64,000 bases of DNA from an uncultured Mycoplasma sp. (GCA_964445515.1 CAYUKZ010000002.1:18655-82654), one strand, 5' to 3'. Shown: positions 43,815 to 56,532, numbered from the stretch's first letter. Translations and numbers: made by a program. The notes: generated by a model not told the origin, from the letters alone.

Positions 43815-43893
43815 CTTTTTCAGTCATACATTATAAATTGAAAAGTATTATAATATTAATGTAATACAAAAAATAGAAAAGGAAAAAACTAGT

Positions 43894-44880
<987 letters not shown>

Positions 44881-44890
44881 TCCTAACACC

Positions 44891-44927
44891 AATGAATATT
44901 GACTTTGTCAATATTCATTTTCTTTTT
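44891..44927 (+). terminator. rho-independent terminator after gapA
   Basis: AATGAATATTGAC-TTT-GTCAATATTCATT followed by TTCTTTTT. Confidence 0.8.
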
Positions 44928-44972
44928 ACTAAAGAAAAATAGGGGTATAATTAGATAGAAAAGAGGAAAATT

Positions 44973-46499
44973 ATGAAAAGACCAGTAGCACTAGTTATTT
45001 TGGATGGTGTTGGTGAAGCTCCAGCTTACGAAGGTAATGCAGTGACTTTAGCAAACACTCCAAATCTAGATAAATGAACAAATGAATACCCAAACATTCT
45101 ATTGAATGCTTCAGGAGAACCTGTTGGATTACCAGAAGGACAAATGGGTAACTCAGAAGTTGGCCACATGAACATTGGGGCAGGAAGAACAGTATATCAA
45201 TCATTAGCATTAATGAATAAAGATGTAAGAGAAGGCGGATTATCAACAAATGAATCTGTAGTTAAAGCAATTAAACATGCAAAAGAGAATAACTCTAAAG
45301 TAAATATCTTAGGACTTGTTTCTGATGGTGGAGTTCACTCACACATCAACCACATTCTAGGATTAGCTAAAGTTCTTAAAGAAGAACAAGTAGAATTTGT
45401 ATTACATGCATTTACAGATGGTAGAGACGTTAATCAAAAATCTGCTTTAGAATATCTAAAACAAATTGAAGAAGCTGAAATTACAATTTCTTCAATCTCA
45501 GGAAGATACTATTCAATGGATAGAGATCAAAAATGAGAAAGAGCTCAAAAAGCATACGATGTTATAGCTGATAGAAAAGGTGGAACATTCAATAATATTG
45601 AAGAATATATAAATGAAGAATATTCAAAAGAAATATTTGATGAATTCTTTACACCTGCATATAATCCAGAAACAAAATCAATTGAAAATGGAGATTCAGT
45701 AATCTTTATAAACTTCAGACCAGATAGAGCAAGAATGATTTCTCATTTACTAGTTGGTTCTAATGAAGAAGTAACAGGATATAATTATTCTCCAGAAAAT
45801 GGAAAATTAGAAAACTTATACTTTACTTCTGCAAGAGAATATGCAGGTATCGAACAAGATATTATGTATCCACCAGAAAGAATGAGTAATCTTATTGGTG
45901 AAGTATTAGAGAGTAATGGATTAAAACAAGTTAGAGCTGCAGAAACTGAGAAGTATCCACACGTTACATTCTTTATGGATGGTGGACAAGAGATCAAAAA
46001 GGAAAATGAAACAAGAATACTTGTTGATTCTCCTAAAGTAGCAACATATGATTTAGATCCAGAGATGTCATGTAGACCTCTAACAGAAAAGATAATTGAA
46101 AATGCAGATGGTCAAGATGTATTCTTAATTAACTTTGCCCAACCTGATATGGTAGGACATACAGGTATAGTTGACGCTGTAGTTAAATCAATAGAGGTTG
46201 CTGATGAAATGTTAGGAAAACTATATCAAAAGATAGTTGTTGAAATGGGAGGAGTAATGTTAATTACTGCTGACCATGGAAATGCAGATAGAATGATTAA
46301 TGAAGATGGATCAGTATGTACAACACATACAACAGCACCAGTTAAATTAATCATCACTGATAAAGAAGCAGAATTCAAAGAACAATTTATTGATAGACAA
46401 AACATTCAAGGTAAATTAGGTGATTTAGCACCAACTATACTTAAATATGCTGGAATTGAAAAACCTTCAGAAATGACTGGTGAGATTTTAGTTAAGTAA
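44973..46499 (+). CDS. gpmI: 2,3-bisphosphoglycerate-independent phosphoglycerate mutase
   Basis: LVILDGVG, MGNSEVGHMNIGAGR, SDGGVHSH, NFAQPDMVGHTG, TADHGNA. Confidence 0.95.
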
Positions 46500-46501
46500 A
46501 T

Positions 46502-46534
46502 AAAAATCTAGAACAAACGTTCTAGATTTTTTTT
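46502..46534. terminator. bidirectional terminator shared by gpmI (+) and the RNase H gene (-)
   Basis: AAAATCTAGAAC-AAAC-GTTCTAGATTTT followed by T-run. The minus-strand stop (46522-46524) is inside the stem. Confidence 0.8.
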
Positions 46535-47352
46535 CATTCCTTTATAAATATTGTTTTATCAACATCATATTTGTCTGCTAATAGGTCTTGATAAATTGCT
46601 CATGAGTTCAATTTATTACCAACTTCTAAATTAACACCTTGTTTTTTGAATTCATTAATAACTCAATCGTTAAATATATCTTTAGAAATGATTGCGGCAA
46701 CAGAAACCTCTAAAAATTTCTCTTCTGCCTTAGTTAGTAGAAGTAATTCACCTTTGAATTCTTCATTACCACTATTAACTAAGTACTCTTTATATTTATT
46801 TTGATTAACAAATTGATCCGTTACATGTTTATAGTTCATATTTTCAAATTTCTTATGAAGTTCATTTTGAATAATTGCATTTATTGCTTTTACATTAGGA
46901 TTCTTTTTATAAATCTCATTAAATTTGATTGGTTCTATAGTTATTGAGTAATGTTCAACGCAATCTTTTAAGAAATCTGCTTTTTCTTTTATCTCTTTAG
47001 CATTTAATTTTTTAGAATCTTTAATACCATTAAGAATTGCTTTCCTTTTATGTTCATAAGATTTGAATCTTACTGCTGAAGCAACAATAGGTCCTATTGA
47101 TTCACCAACACCAACTTCATCAGAACCAACATATAACTCTTTATCGATAATAATATCTATCTTTAAAGAAAGATCTTCATTTATTGGTCCATTGAATAAG
47201 ATGGTTAGGTTACTATAGAAAGTAATTTTAGTTCCATTGAAATATATCTCATCAAATATTATATTTATGTCATTGTATTCTTTGTTTCCACCTATTGAAT
47301 TATAGAATTCAATAAACTTATCTTTAGAATATGCTTTTATACTTGTATACAT
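46522..47352 (-). CDS. rnhC: ribonuclease HIII-like (RNase HII/HIII family with ~75-aa N-terminal domain)
   Basis: Catalytic GSDEVGVGESIGPIVASAV and ..D.F.. motifs. Track ORF extended 3' through three TGA codons to TAG. Confidence 0.65.
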
Positions 47353-47402
47353 ATTATTAATATTATATTATAGGAACAAGATTATAAAGATATAATTTAT
47401 AT

Positions 47403-47735
47403 ATGATAAAAGGAATAGGAACAGATATAGTATCAAAAGAAAGAATTAAAAATTCTAATGTTGAGTCTAGATTCTTGAATGAAGATGAAAAGAATCTATT
47501 ACAAAACTATAAAGATGAAGACAGATGAGATTTTATTTCAGGTAGATGAGCTGGTAAAGAAGCTATTATTAAAGCATCTAACAAAGAAATAAGTTATTCT
47601 CAAATATCAATATTGAAATCTGAATCCGGAGCACCAATGGTATATGTAGATGGTGTTAGAAGAGAAGATATCAATATTTCTATTTCACATGAAAAAGATT
47701 ATACAATAGCATTTTCTGTCATTGTAAAGGTATAA
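47403..47735 (+). CDS. acpS: holo-[acyl-carrier-protein] synthase
   Basis: MIKGIGTDIV...W.AGKEAIIKA...ISISHEKDYTIAFSV. 110 aa, split by TGA in the track. Confidence 0.85.
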
Positions 47736-47777
47736 TATTATTATAAGAATTAAAAAGGAAAAATAGTTGAGAAAATT

Positions 47778-48641
47778 ATGGACACAATAAAAAATATAAT
47801 TAGATTAAGTGTTGTTTGATGAACAGCACCATTAGCTGGAAGAAGAGGATCTAGAGTTCTTAATAAATGAGTTAAGAAAAATAGAAAAATGCAAGATCCT
47901 AATCTTTATCCATATGATGAAAGAATGCAACTTCTAAGAAAGAAACTTAGAGGTATGGGTAAAAGAGCTGGAGTAAGAGTAGAAGTTGAAGGAATTGATA
48001 ACCTACCTAAAGGTGCAGCATGAGTTGTTGCTAACCATTCATCAAACTTTGATGGAGTTTGATTAGCAAATGCAATTTCACATAAATTAAACTTATTACC
48101 AATAGCTAGAGATGATTTAAAGAAATCAAAAATGGTATCAGGATATATTAATGGATCAGAAGGTTTATATTTAGACCGTAAATCACCAAGACAAGCTCTT
48201 CAATTATTAGAAGGAGCAGCTCAACTTGCTAAAAACAAAAACAGAGCAGTTGTTATCTTCCCTGAAGGAACAAGATCACTTACAGGAGAAGTATTAGATT
48301 TCAAAAACGGTTCATTTAGGTTCCCTCAAAAATATGGTTTACCAATTGTTCCTATTACAATAATGGGTACTCTTGAAGCTAGAGAATGATGAAAACCTAA
48401 AACAAGAGTTGTTACTGTTAAAGTTAACAAAACAATTAAAGCAATTGAACATATGAAAGTTCCTACAGATATATTAGGAACAAGAATTAGAAATCAAATG
48501 ATTCAAGACCTTGAAGATTGAAAGTCAAAATTAACAAAAGACGAATTAGATTACCATAATACTTTGATTAAGAAAAGTCTTAAAGCAATGGAAAAGAAAG
48601 ACCAAGCTTTAATTAAGCAAGGAATTAAACAAGAAAATTAA
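47778..48641 (+). CDS. plsC: 1-acyl-sn-glycerol-3-phosphate acyltransferase
   Basis: HX4D motif VANHSSNFD, FPEGTRS, IVPITI. Several in-frame TGA. Confidence 0.85.
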
Positions 48642-48646
48642 ATAAC

Positions 48647-49936
48647 ATGATAATGAATATTGTTCAGATAATCAATAAAAAATCAAAAGGTTTATCTCTT
48701 TCAAAAGAAGAGATAAACTATTTTGTTAATGGGGTTATGGACGGAACAATACAAGATTATCAAACATCTTCATTACTTATGGCAATAAAGCTTAAAGGAT
48801 TAACTGATGAAGAAACAATTGATTATGCAAGAGCATTAGTAGAGTCAGGAGATGTCTTGCCTCTAAATGAAGAGTTAGTTGATAAACACTCTTCAGGTGG
48901 GATTGGTGATAAAACAACAATCTCACTTCTACCAATATTAGGAGCACTTGGGTTAAAAGTGTTCAAAATGTCTGGTAGAGGATTAGGATTTACTGGAGGA
49001 ACAATTGATAAACTAGAATCAATCAAAGGTTTCAGAACAGAATTATCAATTGACGAAGTAAATCAAATGGTTGATGAAATTGGAATATCAATTACTGGTC
49101 AAACACCTAAACTAACACCTGCTGATGGGAAGTTATATGCATTAAGAGATGTAACGGCAACTGTTGATTCATTCCCATTAATAGCAGCATCAATAATTTC
49201 AAAGAAAATAGCATCAGGTGCTAAGAATATATTAATAGATCTTAAAGTAGGTACTGGAGCATTTGTGGAAAGTATTGAAGAAGCAAATGAATTAGGTAGA
49301 TTAATGAAAGTTATTGCAAATTCATTTGGAAGAAACATATTTGTGTTATTCTCTTCAATGGATCAACCATTAGGATGAACAGCAGGAAACAAAATTGAAG
49401 TTATTGAAGCAAGAGATTTCCTTAAAGGGAATAATGTATCTAATGACTTCTCTGAATTAATAAAGAAAATAGCAACTGAACTATACTCACAAGTTAAATC
49501 AGTATCAATTGAAGAAGCAATTACTAAATATGAAGAAGTGTTATCAACAGGTAAAGCATTAGAAAAACAAAACGAATGATTTACTAAGCATGGAGTACAA
49601 GATATTGATGAAGCATTATCTTATGAACCAAGTTCATCATTAGAAATAAAAGCTGAAGAGGATGGTTTTGTATCATTTGTAGATACAAAACAATTCGGTA
49701 ATGCATTAATAGAATTAAAAGCTGGAAGAAAAGAGAAAACAGATGTTATTGATTTTATTTCAGGGCTTGAATTCAAAGTTAAAACAGGTGATGAAGTTAA
49801 AACGGGTGATACATTATTAGTTATCCATTCAAATGTTGAGATATCAGACAAAACAATAAACATAATTAAAGAAAACATTACAATAAATGATTCTAAAAAA
49901 GAATTAGAAATAATAAAGGGGGAAATATCATGATAA
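48647..49936 (+). CDS. pdp: pyrimidine-nucleoside (thymidine) phosphorylase
   Basis: DKHSSGGIGDKTT, SGRGLGFTGGTIDKLESI, TPADGKLYALRDVTATV, IASGA. Joins checked to TAA 49934-49936. Confidence 0.9.
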
Positions 49937-50670
49937 AGAATAGAGAAAATCAAAGTTTGACACTTGATAACTTCGAGGGTCCATTAGATTTACTTCTACA
50001 TTTAATTAGAAAGAAACAATTAGATATATTAGAAGTGTCATTAATAGCAGTAGCAGATCAATATGTTGATTTTGTTAACTCACAAGAAGTAATCGATCTA
50101 GATGAGACATCTGATTTCTTACTACTAGCATCTCAATTGATTGATATTAAAACTAAATCATTATTAAAGACAGATGTGTTCATTGAAAGAGACTCATTTG
50201 AAGAAGAGAAAGAGAACCTTCTTGAAAGACTTATCCAATATGAGAAATATAAGATATTATCAGAAGGCTTAAACGATGTTTATGAGAATGCTTCAAGATT
50301 TGAAAAGCTTGATGATGACTTTATCTCATATATTGAAACAGAATCAGAAAGAATTACTAAACTAGTTTCTAAAGGTTCTAAAGATTTAGAGAAAGCAATG
50401 AAAAACATTATGCTTTCATTAGAAAATAAAGATTCAAAACAAACAACTCTTAGAGTTAAGAGAAAATCTGCTGAACAAGTTAAAGCAGAAATTGTTGAAG
50501 TAATAAATGAAGGAGATACAACATTCTTATCAGTACTTCAAGAATACAGTTACTACTATATTGCATTGGCATTATTAGTTATTTTAGAAATGTCTAAGAA
50601 TGAAGAAATATTCATTGTTCAAAAAGACGACTATAGCGACATAGAAATAAGGAGATTACATGGAAAATAA
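49930..50670 (+). CDS. scpA: segregation and condensation protein A
   Basis: LDNFEGPLDLLLHLIRKKQLDILEVSLIAVADQY. RBS AAGGGGG. 7-nt overlap with pdp. Confidence 0.9.
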   Translation: MIKNRENQSLTLDNFEGPLDLLLHLIRKKQLDILEVSLIAVADQYVDFVNSQEVIDLDETSDFLLLASQLIDIKTKSLLKTDVFIERDSFEEEKENLLERLIQYEKYKILSEGLNDVYENASRFEKLDDDFISYIETESERITKLVSKGSKDLEKAMKNIMLSLENKDSKQTTLRVKRKSAEQVKAEIVEVINEGDTTFLSVLQEYSYYYIALALLVILEMSKNEEIFIVQKDDYSDIEIRRLHGK

Positions 50671-51253
50671 ATTGATATACTCTATCTTGTTCTTAAAAGG
50701 TAGAAATGGAACAACTTTAAAAGACTTAGCTTCATTATTAGAAGTTAAAGAATCAGAAGTTAAGAAACAAATAGATGATTTAAAGAATGAGTTAACTAAA
50801 TTAGATTGACCATTAGAGATCAAAGAAACTGAATCTAAAATTAGACTATCAGTATCAAAGAGCACTTCATTAGAGTTAGCTCAAAAGATGAAAAAGACAA
50901 TTAATGTTTCATTAACTAAATCAGTTCTTGAAGTATTAACAATTATTGCTTACAAGCAACCAACTACAAAACCAGATATAGAAAACATTAGAGGAGTATC
51001 TGCTGATTATTCAATAGCTAAACTATTAGAATATGAACTTATCGAATCTAAAGGTAGAGCAGACTTACCAGGTAACCCAAGACTATATGTTACAACACAA
51101 GCATTCCTTGAGTTATTTGATTTAAACTCATTAGAAGAATTACCATCTGCAGCAAATGAGTTTGAAGAGAAAACACAAGAGATGACATTATTCACTTATG
51201 ATGATGATATGGAAAATGAATCATCAGATAAAGAAGAGAATAAAGAACAATAA
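50660..51253 (+). CDS. scpB: segregation and condensation protein B
   Basis: LSKSVLEVLTIIAYKQPTTKPDIENIRGV....I.KLLEYELIE..GR.D.PGNPRLYVTT..FLE.F.L. Acidic tail. Overlaps the end of scpA. Confidence 0.9.
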
Positions 51254-51975
51254 TGAAACACGAAGAAAGAGTTCAAAAGTTAATTTCTAACTATGGTAAC
51301 TTATCAAGAAGACAAGCTGATAGGCTAGTTATTGAAGGTAAGGTAAAAGTAAATGGCAAAGTAATAACACCTGGAGAAAGAGCATCTGTTAATGATAAGA
51401 TTGAAGTTGACGGAAAACAAATTAAATTCAATCTTAAGCATGACTACTACTTGCTTTATAAACCAAAAGGTTATATTTGCCAAAGAAAAGATGAAAGAGG
51501 TAAAGAAGCCATTTCATTAATTAATAACTACAGTAATAGAAATTTATTTACAGTTGGGAGACTGGATGTACAAACAACAGGATTGATAATTGTTACATCT
51601 GATGGAGAGTTATCAAATAGAGTGAACTCTCCACAATTCAATATCCCAAAAACATATTTAGTTTGAGTAGATAAACACTTAACTAAAGAAATGATTTTGG
51701 GTCTTCAATTAGGAACTAAACTAGATGATGGTTATGTGACTAAGAAAGTTAAGAAGTTTAAAGTAATTTCTAACGAAGAAGGTAAAGTGATGGTTAAGAT
51801 GACTATCATCGAAGGTAAAAAGAATCAAATTAGAAGAATGTTTGAAGCTCACAATAGAAAAGTAACAAATCTAAAGAGAGTTCAAATAGGATATCATAAA
51901 CTAGAAGGTATTCATCAAGGTGAGTACAAGAAATTATCTCAAAGAGAGATGTATGAAGGATTAGGTATAAATTAA
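51253..51975 (+). CDS. rluB: RsuA/RluB-family pseudouridine synthase
   Basis: S4 domain (RVQKLISNYGNLSRRQADRLVIEGKVKVNG), catalytic GRLDVQTTGLIIVTSDG, KKNQIRRMFE. TAATG overlap with scpB. Confidence 0.85.
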
Positions 51976-51976
51976 T

Positions 51977-53272
51977 ATGGAAAAGAAATATAATTCAGTA
52001 TCAGTTGTAGGTACACAATGAGGTGATGAAGGTAAAGGTAAGATCACTAACTACCTTTCATTAGAAGCAGACATGGTTGTTAGACACCAAGGTGGAAACA
52101 ATGCAGGTCATTCAATAGTAATTGAAGGTAAAAGATATGCATTACATTTAATTCCTTCAGGAATATTTGATCCTGAAGTTAAAAACGTAATGGCAAATGG
52201 AATGGTTATTAATCCTATTGCTCTTATTGAAGAGTTAACTCTATTAGAAGAGCAAGGAGTTAAAGATTACCAACTATTTATCTCAGATAGAGCACACGTT
52301 GTTATGCCATATCATATTATTCTTGATGGAATTTATGAAGAGTTAAAAGGTGCAAGAAAAATAGGTACAACTAAAAAAGGAATTGGACCTGCTTATACTG
52401 ATAAAGCCGCAAGAGAAGGAATTAGATTTGCAGATTTATTAGATGATGAATTATTCAGAGCTTTATTACAAGACAACATTAATATTAAGAATAAATTATT
52501 AGTTGCACTTGGTCATGAAGAACTTTCATTCGATGAAATATATGAACAATATGCAAATATAAGAGAAAAGATTAAACACATGGTAGTCGATACTTCTTCT
52601 CTAGTATATGATGCACTTGAAAATGGAGAAAAAGTTCTATTCGAAGGAGCACAAGGTGTATTACTTTGTTTAGATCATGGAACATATCCATTTGTTACTT
52701 CTTCTTCACCTACTTCTTCTTCAATTCCAGTGAATGTTGGGCTTCCATTAAATGCAGTATCTAAATCTTTAGGAATTGTTAAGGCATATTCAACAAGAGT
52801 AGGTACAGGAGGATTCCCAACAGAGTTTGAAGATGATACTTCAAGACAAATAAGAGAAGTTGGGAACGAATACGGAGTTACAACAGGTAGACCAAGAAGA
52901 ATAGGTTGATTTGATGCTAACCTAGTTAGACACGCAGCAAGAGTTTCAGGTCTAACAGACATTTCAATAACATTATTAGATGTTCTAAGTGGAATTGAAA
53001 CACTTAAGATTGCAACATCATATAAAGTTAATGGAGTTGAAACTAAAAATGTACCAGCAGGAGAAAGAGATTTCAATAATGCTGAACCAATCTATATTGA
53101 ATTACCAGGTTGAACAGAAGATATTACAGGAGTAAGATCATTCGAAGAACTTCCTGTTAATGCACAAAACTATTTAAAGGCAATTGAAGAACATACTGGT
53201 GTTAAAGTATCACAATTCTCAATTGGACCAGATAGAGAACAAACAGTAGACATCAATAAGATGTTTGAATAA
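51977..53272 (+). CDS. purA: adenylosuccinate synthetase
   Basis: [45 protein letters not shown]. Confidence 0.95.
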
Positions 53273-53284
53273 TCCAAAAATCAG

Positions 53285-53316
53285 AAAAGATAGTATTGAT
53301 TACTATCTTTTCTTTT
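53285..53316 (+). terminator. rho-independent terminator after purA
   Basis: AAAAGATAGTA-TTGAT-TACTATCTTTT followed by CTTTT. Confidence 0.8.
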
Positions 53317-53367
53317 CTGAATTTGAAATAAACCAATGTTTTTAACTTTTGAAGTTATAATTTACAT

Positions 53368-54135
53368 ATGAAAACAATAATAGATACACATGCTCACGTA
53401 CTTAAGGCTTCTTATAAAGAAGAATTAACTAATGTGATAGAAGAAATGAAACAAAAGAACATTATTGCCTATAATATTTCATATGATATAAACTCTTCAA
53501 TTGAAACTGTAGAGTTAAGTAAGCAATATGACTTCTTAATACCAGTAGTTGGAGTTCATCCGAATGATTCTAAGGGTTGAGGAGAAGAAATGTTGAACTC
53601 ATTGAAAGAAATTATAAGCAATAATCAAGTTGCTGCTATTGGTGAGATAGGACTTGATTATCATTATGAAGGCTATGATAAAGAAACTCAGAAAAAGGCT
53701 TTCATTGATCAAATTAAACTTGCAATGGAACTTAAACTACCAATTGTAGTTCATACTAGAGACTCATTAGAAGATTGTTATGAGATAATTAAGAACTATC
53801 CTGACCAAAAGTTCTTATTCCACTCTTGATCTGGTGATAAAGAGATGACTAGAAAGTATCTAAGTGTTTCGAATAATGTATATTTCTCATATAATGGAAT
53901 AATTACATTCAAAAATGCTGAATTACAGAAAGAGATAGTTAAACTTATACCTATTGATAGATTAATGTTTGAAACTGACTGCCCTTGATTAAGCCCAGTT
54001 CCTTTTAGAGGTAAAGAAAACTATCCTTGAAGAACAAAAGAAGTTATTGAATATACATCTGGACTATTAAATCTATCATTTGATGAGTTAAATGACATAA
54101 ATAACAAGAATGCAAAAGAATTCTATAAATACTAA
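53368..54135 (+). CDS. tatD: TatD-family metal-dependent hydrolase/DNase
   Basis: IDTHAH, GEIGLDYHY, PIVVHTRD, FETDCPWL. Confidence 0.85.
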
Positions 54136-54163
54136 AAAATAAATGTTTGACATTTATTTTTTT
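54136..54163 (+). terminator. rho-independent terminator after tatD
   Basis: ATAAATGT-TTG-ACATTTAT followed by T6. Confidence 0.75.
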
Positions 54164-54165
54164 GT

Positions 54166-54305
54166 TATAATTGAGAGGTAATAACTTAAGACAGTAGCTG
54201 TCAATGACATAAGTGCTACCGAGGTTTAGAAATTATATGTATTTATACATATGCTTTTAGACACACTTGGTAGTAAGTCAAATATATCCAGTGTGTCTTT
54301 TTATT
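54166..54305 (+). promoter_or_regulatory. extended -10 promoter (TGTTATAAT) plus ~125-nt three-hairpin leader ending in a strong terminator-like hairpin, 35 nt before rplK
   Basis: H1 is a long imperfect hairpin GGTA..ACTTAAGACAG-TAG-CTGTC..CATAAGT..TACC (about 54177-54220). H2 is ATATGTAT-TT-ATACATAT (54235-54252). H3 is AGACACAC(T)TGG-N17-CCAGTGTGTCT followed by TTTTATT (54259-54305). Confidence 0.55.
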
Positions 54306-54338
54306 ACAAAAAAGAAAAAAACAGAAGGAGAAAGAAAC

Positions 54339-54797
54339 ATGGCTAAGAAAGTAACTAGAATCGCCAAGCTTCAATTCGAAGCAGGTCAAGCTAAGCCGGG
54401 TCCAGAACTAGCTGGTCTTGGAATTGACATGGGTGGATTTACAAAAGAGTTCAATGATGCTACTAGAGATAGATCTGGTGACGTTGTACCTGTAGTAATT
54501 ACAGCTTATGACGATAGATCATATGAATTCGTTCTTAAAACTACACCAGCAGCTAACATGATTATGAAAGCTGCCAAAATCGCCAAAGGTTCATCAAATG
54601 CACCAGGTGAAGTTGTAGGTACAGTAACTGTGGCTCAGTTAAAAGAAATTGCTGAATACAAAATGGAAGATTTAAATGCTTCTACAATTGATGCAGCTAT
54701 TTCAATGCTAAAAGGTACTGCAGTTAACATGGGTGTATCTGTCGAAGACGGATCTGCACCAACTCAATCTGAAACAACAGAGGAAGGTGAAGAATAA
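54339..54797 (+). CDS. rplK: 50S ribosomal protein L11 (with short acidic C-terminal tail)
   Basis: MAKKVTRIAKLQFEAGQAKPGPELAGLGIDM. RBS GAAGGAGAAAG. The track start at 54267 is an upstream in-frame artefact that runs through the leader hairpin. Confidence 0.9.
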   Translation: MAKKVTRIAKLQFEAGQAKPGPELAGLGIDMGGFTKEFNDATRDRSGDVVPVVITAYDDRSYEFVLKTTPAANMIMKAAKIAKGSSNAPGEVVGTVTVAQLKEIAEYKMEDLNASTIDAAISMLKGTAVNMGVSVEDGSAPTQSETTEEGEE

Positions 54798-54798
54798 T

Positions 54799-55476
54799 AT
54801 GGCTAAAAATTACGAAGCAGCATTTGCTAAAGTAGATCAAGAGAAACTATATTCTATTGAAGAAGCAATTAAGCTAGCAAAAGAAATTTCATTTGAAAAA
54901 TTTGATCCATCATTAAACCTTTCTATGAACTTAAACCTAAATACAGCACATGCTGATCAACAATTAAGAGGTTCATTAGTGTTACCACACGGAACAGGTA
55001 AAACTGCTAAAGTTTTAGTTGTTGCTGATTCATCAGAACATGAAACAGCAAAATCTGCAGGAGCAGATCACATTGGTGGAATTGAATTAATGGAAAAAAT
55101 TAAAATTGAAAACTGATTTGATTTCGATTTTATTGTAACAACACCAGAATTCATGCCACAACTTGCTAAGTATGGTAAATTACTAGGACCAAAAGGATTA
55201 ATGCCTAACCCTAAATTAGGAACTGTAACTAAAAATATTGAAAAAGCAGTTTCTGATATTAAAAAAGGACAAGTAGAATATAAAACTGATAAAGAAGGTA
55301 TTGTTTCAATCGCATTTGGTAAGAAATCATTTGATGATGCTAAACTTATCGAAAACTTTAAATCATTATTTGATTTAGTTAAAGGTAAGAGACCAGCTGC
55401 AGTTAAAGGAACATACATCTATACAACAGTTATCTCTACTACAATGGGACCTGGTATTAAGGTTAAGATAGACTAA
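54799..55476 (+). CDS. rplA: 50S ribosomal protein L1
   Basis: FDPSLNLSMNLNL......QQLRGSLVLPHGTGK, LGPKGLMPNPKLGTVT. ATG 54799 is 1 nt after the rplK stop. Confidence 0.9.
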
Positions 55477-55486
55477 GGAGAAGATT

Positions 55487-56128
55487 ATGGCAATTACAAG
55501 AAAACAAAAAGAAAATCATGTAGCTGAAATCAAAGACCTACTATCAAAGAATAACATTGTTATCGTATGAGATTATTTAGGATTAACAGCTGAGGAAGTT
55601 TCAGGTATTAGAACTACAATTAGAAATGAAGAAGCAGTAAACAAAGTTTACAAAAACAGAATTGCTAAAATAGCATTCAAAGAATCAGGTAAAGAAGAAA
55701 TTCTTGATTACCTAGAAGGACCATCATCATTCCTTTTCATTGAAAATGATGAATCAAACGCTCTTAAAGAGTTAAATAAATTTATAAAAGAGAATGATAA
55801 CTTATCATTCAAAGCTGGATATATAGACGGAGAATTCTATGATGCAGAAGCAGTAGCGGAGATTGCGGGATTACCTTCAAAAGATGATCTATTATCAATG
55901 CTATTATCTGCATTACAAGGAACAATGAGAAACCTTGCATATGCATTATCTCAAATAGCTGAATCAGCACCTGCTGATGAAGCAGCAACAACTGAAGAAC
56001 CAGTTGTTGAAGAAACAGCTACTGAAGAAGTTAAAGAAGAGGAATCTGCGCCAGCAGAAGATACTTCTGAAGCAGAACAAAAAGAAGAGGAAGCAGCACC
56101 TGAAGAAGAAACAGCTGCAGAAGAATAA
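55487..56128 (+). CDS. rplJ: 50S ribosomal protein L10 with ~55-aa acidic C-terminal extension
   Basis: L10 core (VVWDYLGLTAEEV, NRIAKIAF), then AESAPADEAATTEEPVVEETATEEVKEEESAPAEDTSEAEQKEEEAAPEEETAAEE*. RBS AAGGAG. Confidence 0.9.
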
Positions 56129-56152
56129 ACAAAATAACAAAGGAGAATTATT

Positions 56153-56512
56153 ATGGCTATTAAAGTTGAAGATTTTATTAAAGAATTAAAAGAAATGAAA
56201 GTTTCTGAGCTTAACGAATTAGTTAAAGCAATCGAAGAAGAGTTTGGAGTTACAGCAGCAGCACCTGTTGCAGTAGCAGCGGACGCAGGAGCAGCTGGAG
56301 GTTCAGCAGAAGTTAATGTTGAATTAGTATCAGCTGGTGGAAACAAAATCGCAGTTATTAAAGTTATTAGAGAAGCAATGGGATTAGCATTAATGGATGC
56401 TAAGAACTTCGCTGATAACGGTGGTGTGATTAAAGAAGGAGTTTCTCCAGAAGAAGCCGAAGAAATCATGGCTGCCTTCAAAGAAGCTGGCGCAGAAGTT
56501 GTTGCAAAGTAA
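56153..56512 (+). CDS. rplL: 50S ribosomal protein L7/L12
   Basis: [15 protein letters not shown], Ala-rich hinge, [22 protein letters not shown]...[16 protein letters not shown]. Confidence 0.95.
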   Translation: MAIKVEDFIKELKEMKVSELNELVKAIEEEFGVTAAAPVAVAADAGAAGGSAEVNVELVSAGGNKIAVIKVIREAMGLALMDAKNFADNGGVIKEGVSPEEAEEIMAAFKEAGAEVVAK

Positions 56513-56532
56513 TTAATTACTAATTAACACAA

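Noticed and set aside
54177-54260. rplK-upstream hairpin considered as a small SRP (4.5S) RNA
   Set aside because: It is a long imperfect hairpin, but the apical loop is TAG rather than GNRA. The conserved domain-IV elements (GGAA tetraloop region, AGCA/GCAGC bulges) are absent.
54267-54338. Upstream extension of rplK offered by the track (start at 54267), and of rplA (start at 54733)
   Set aside because: The extensions have no homology to L11 or L1 and run through the leader terminator hairpin or the rplK coding region. Canonical MAKK.../MAKN... starts with good RBS exist at 54339 and 54799.
55951-56481. 176-aa minus-strand ORF and the 55977-56189 plus-strand alternative-frame ORF
   Set aside because: They are antisense or out of frame relative to rplJ/rplL. 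Their low-complexity Ala/Ser or Lys/Gln strings are generated by the GAA/GCA-rich tails of L10 and L12.
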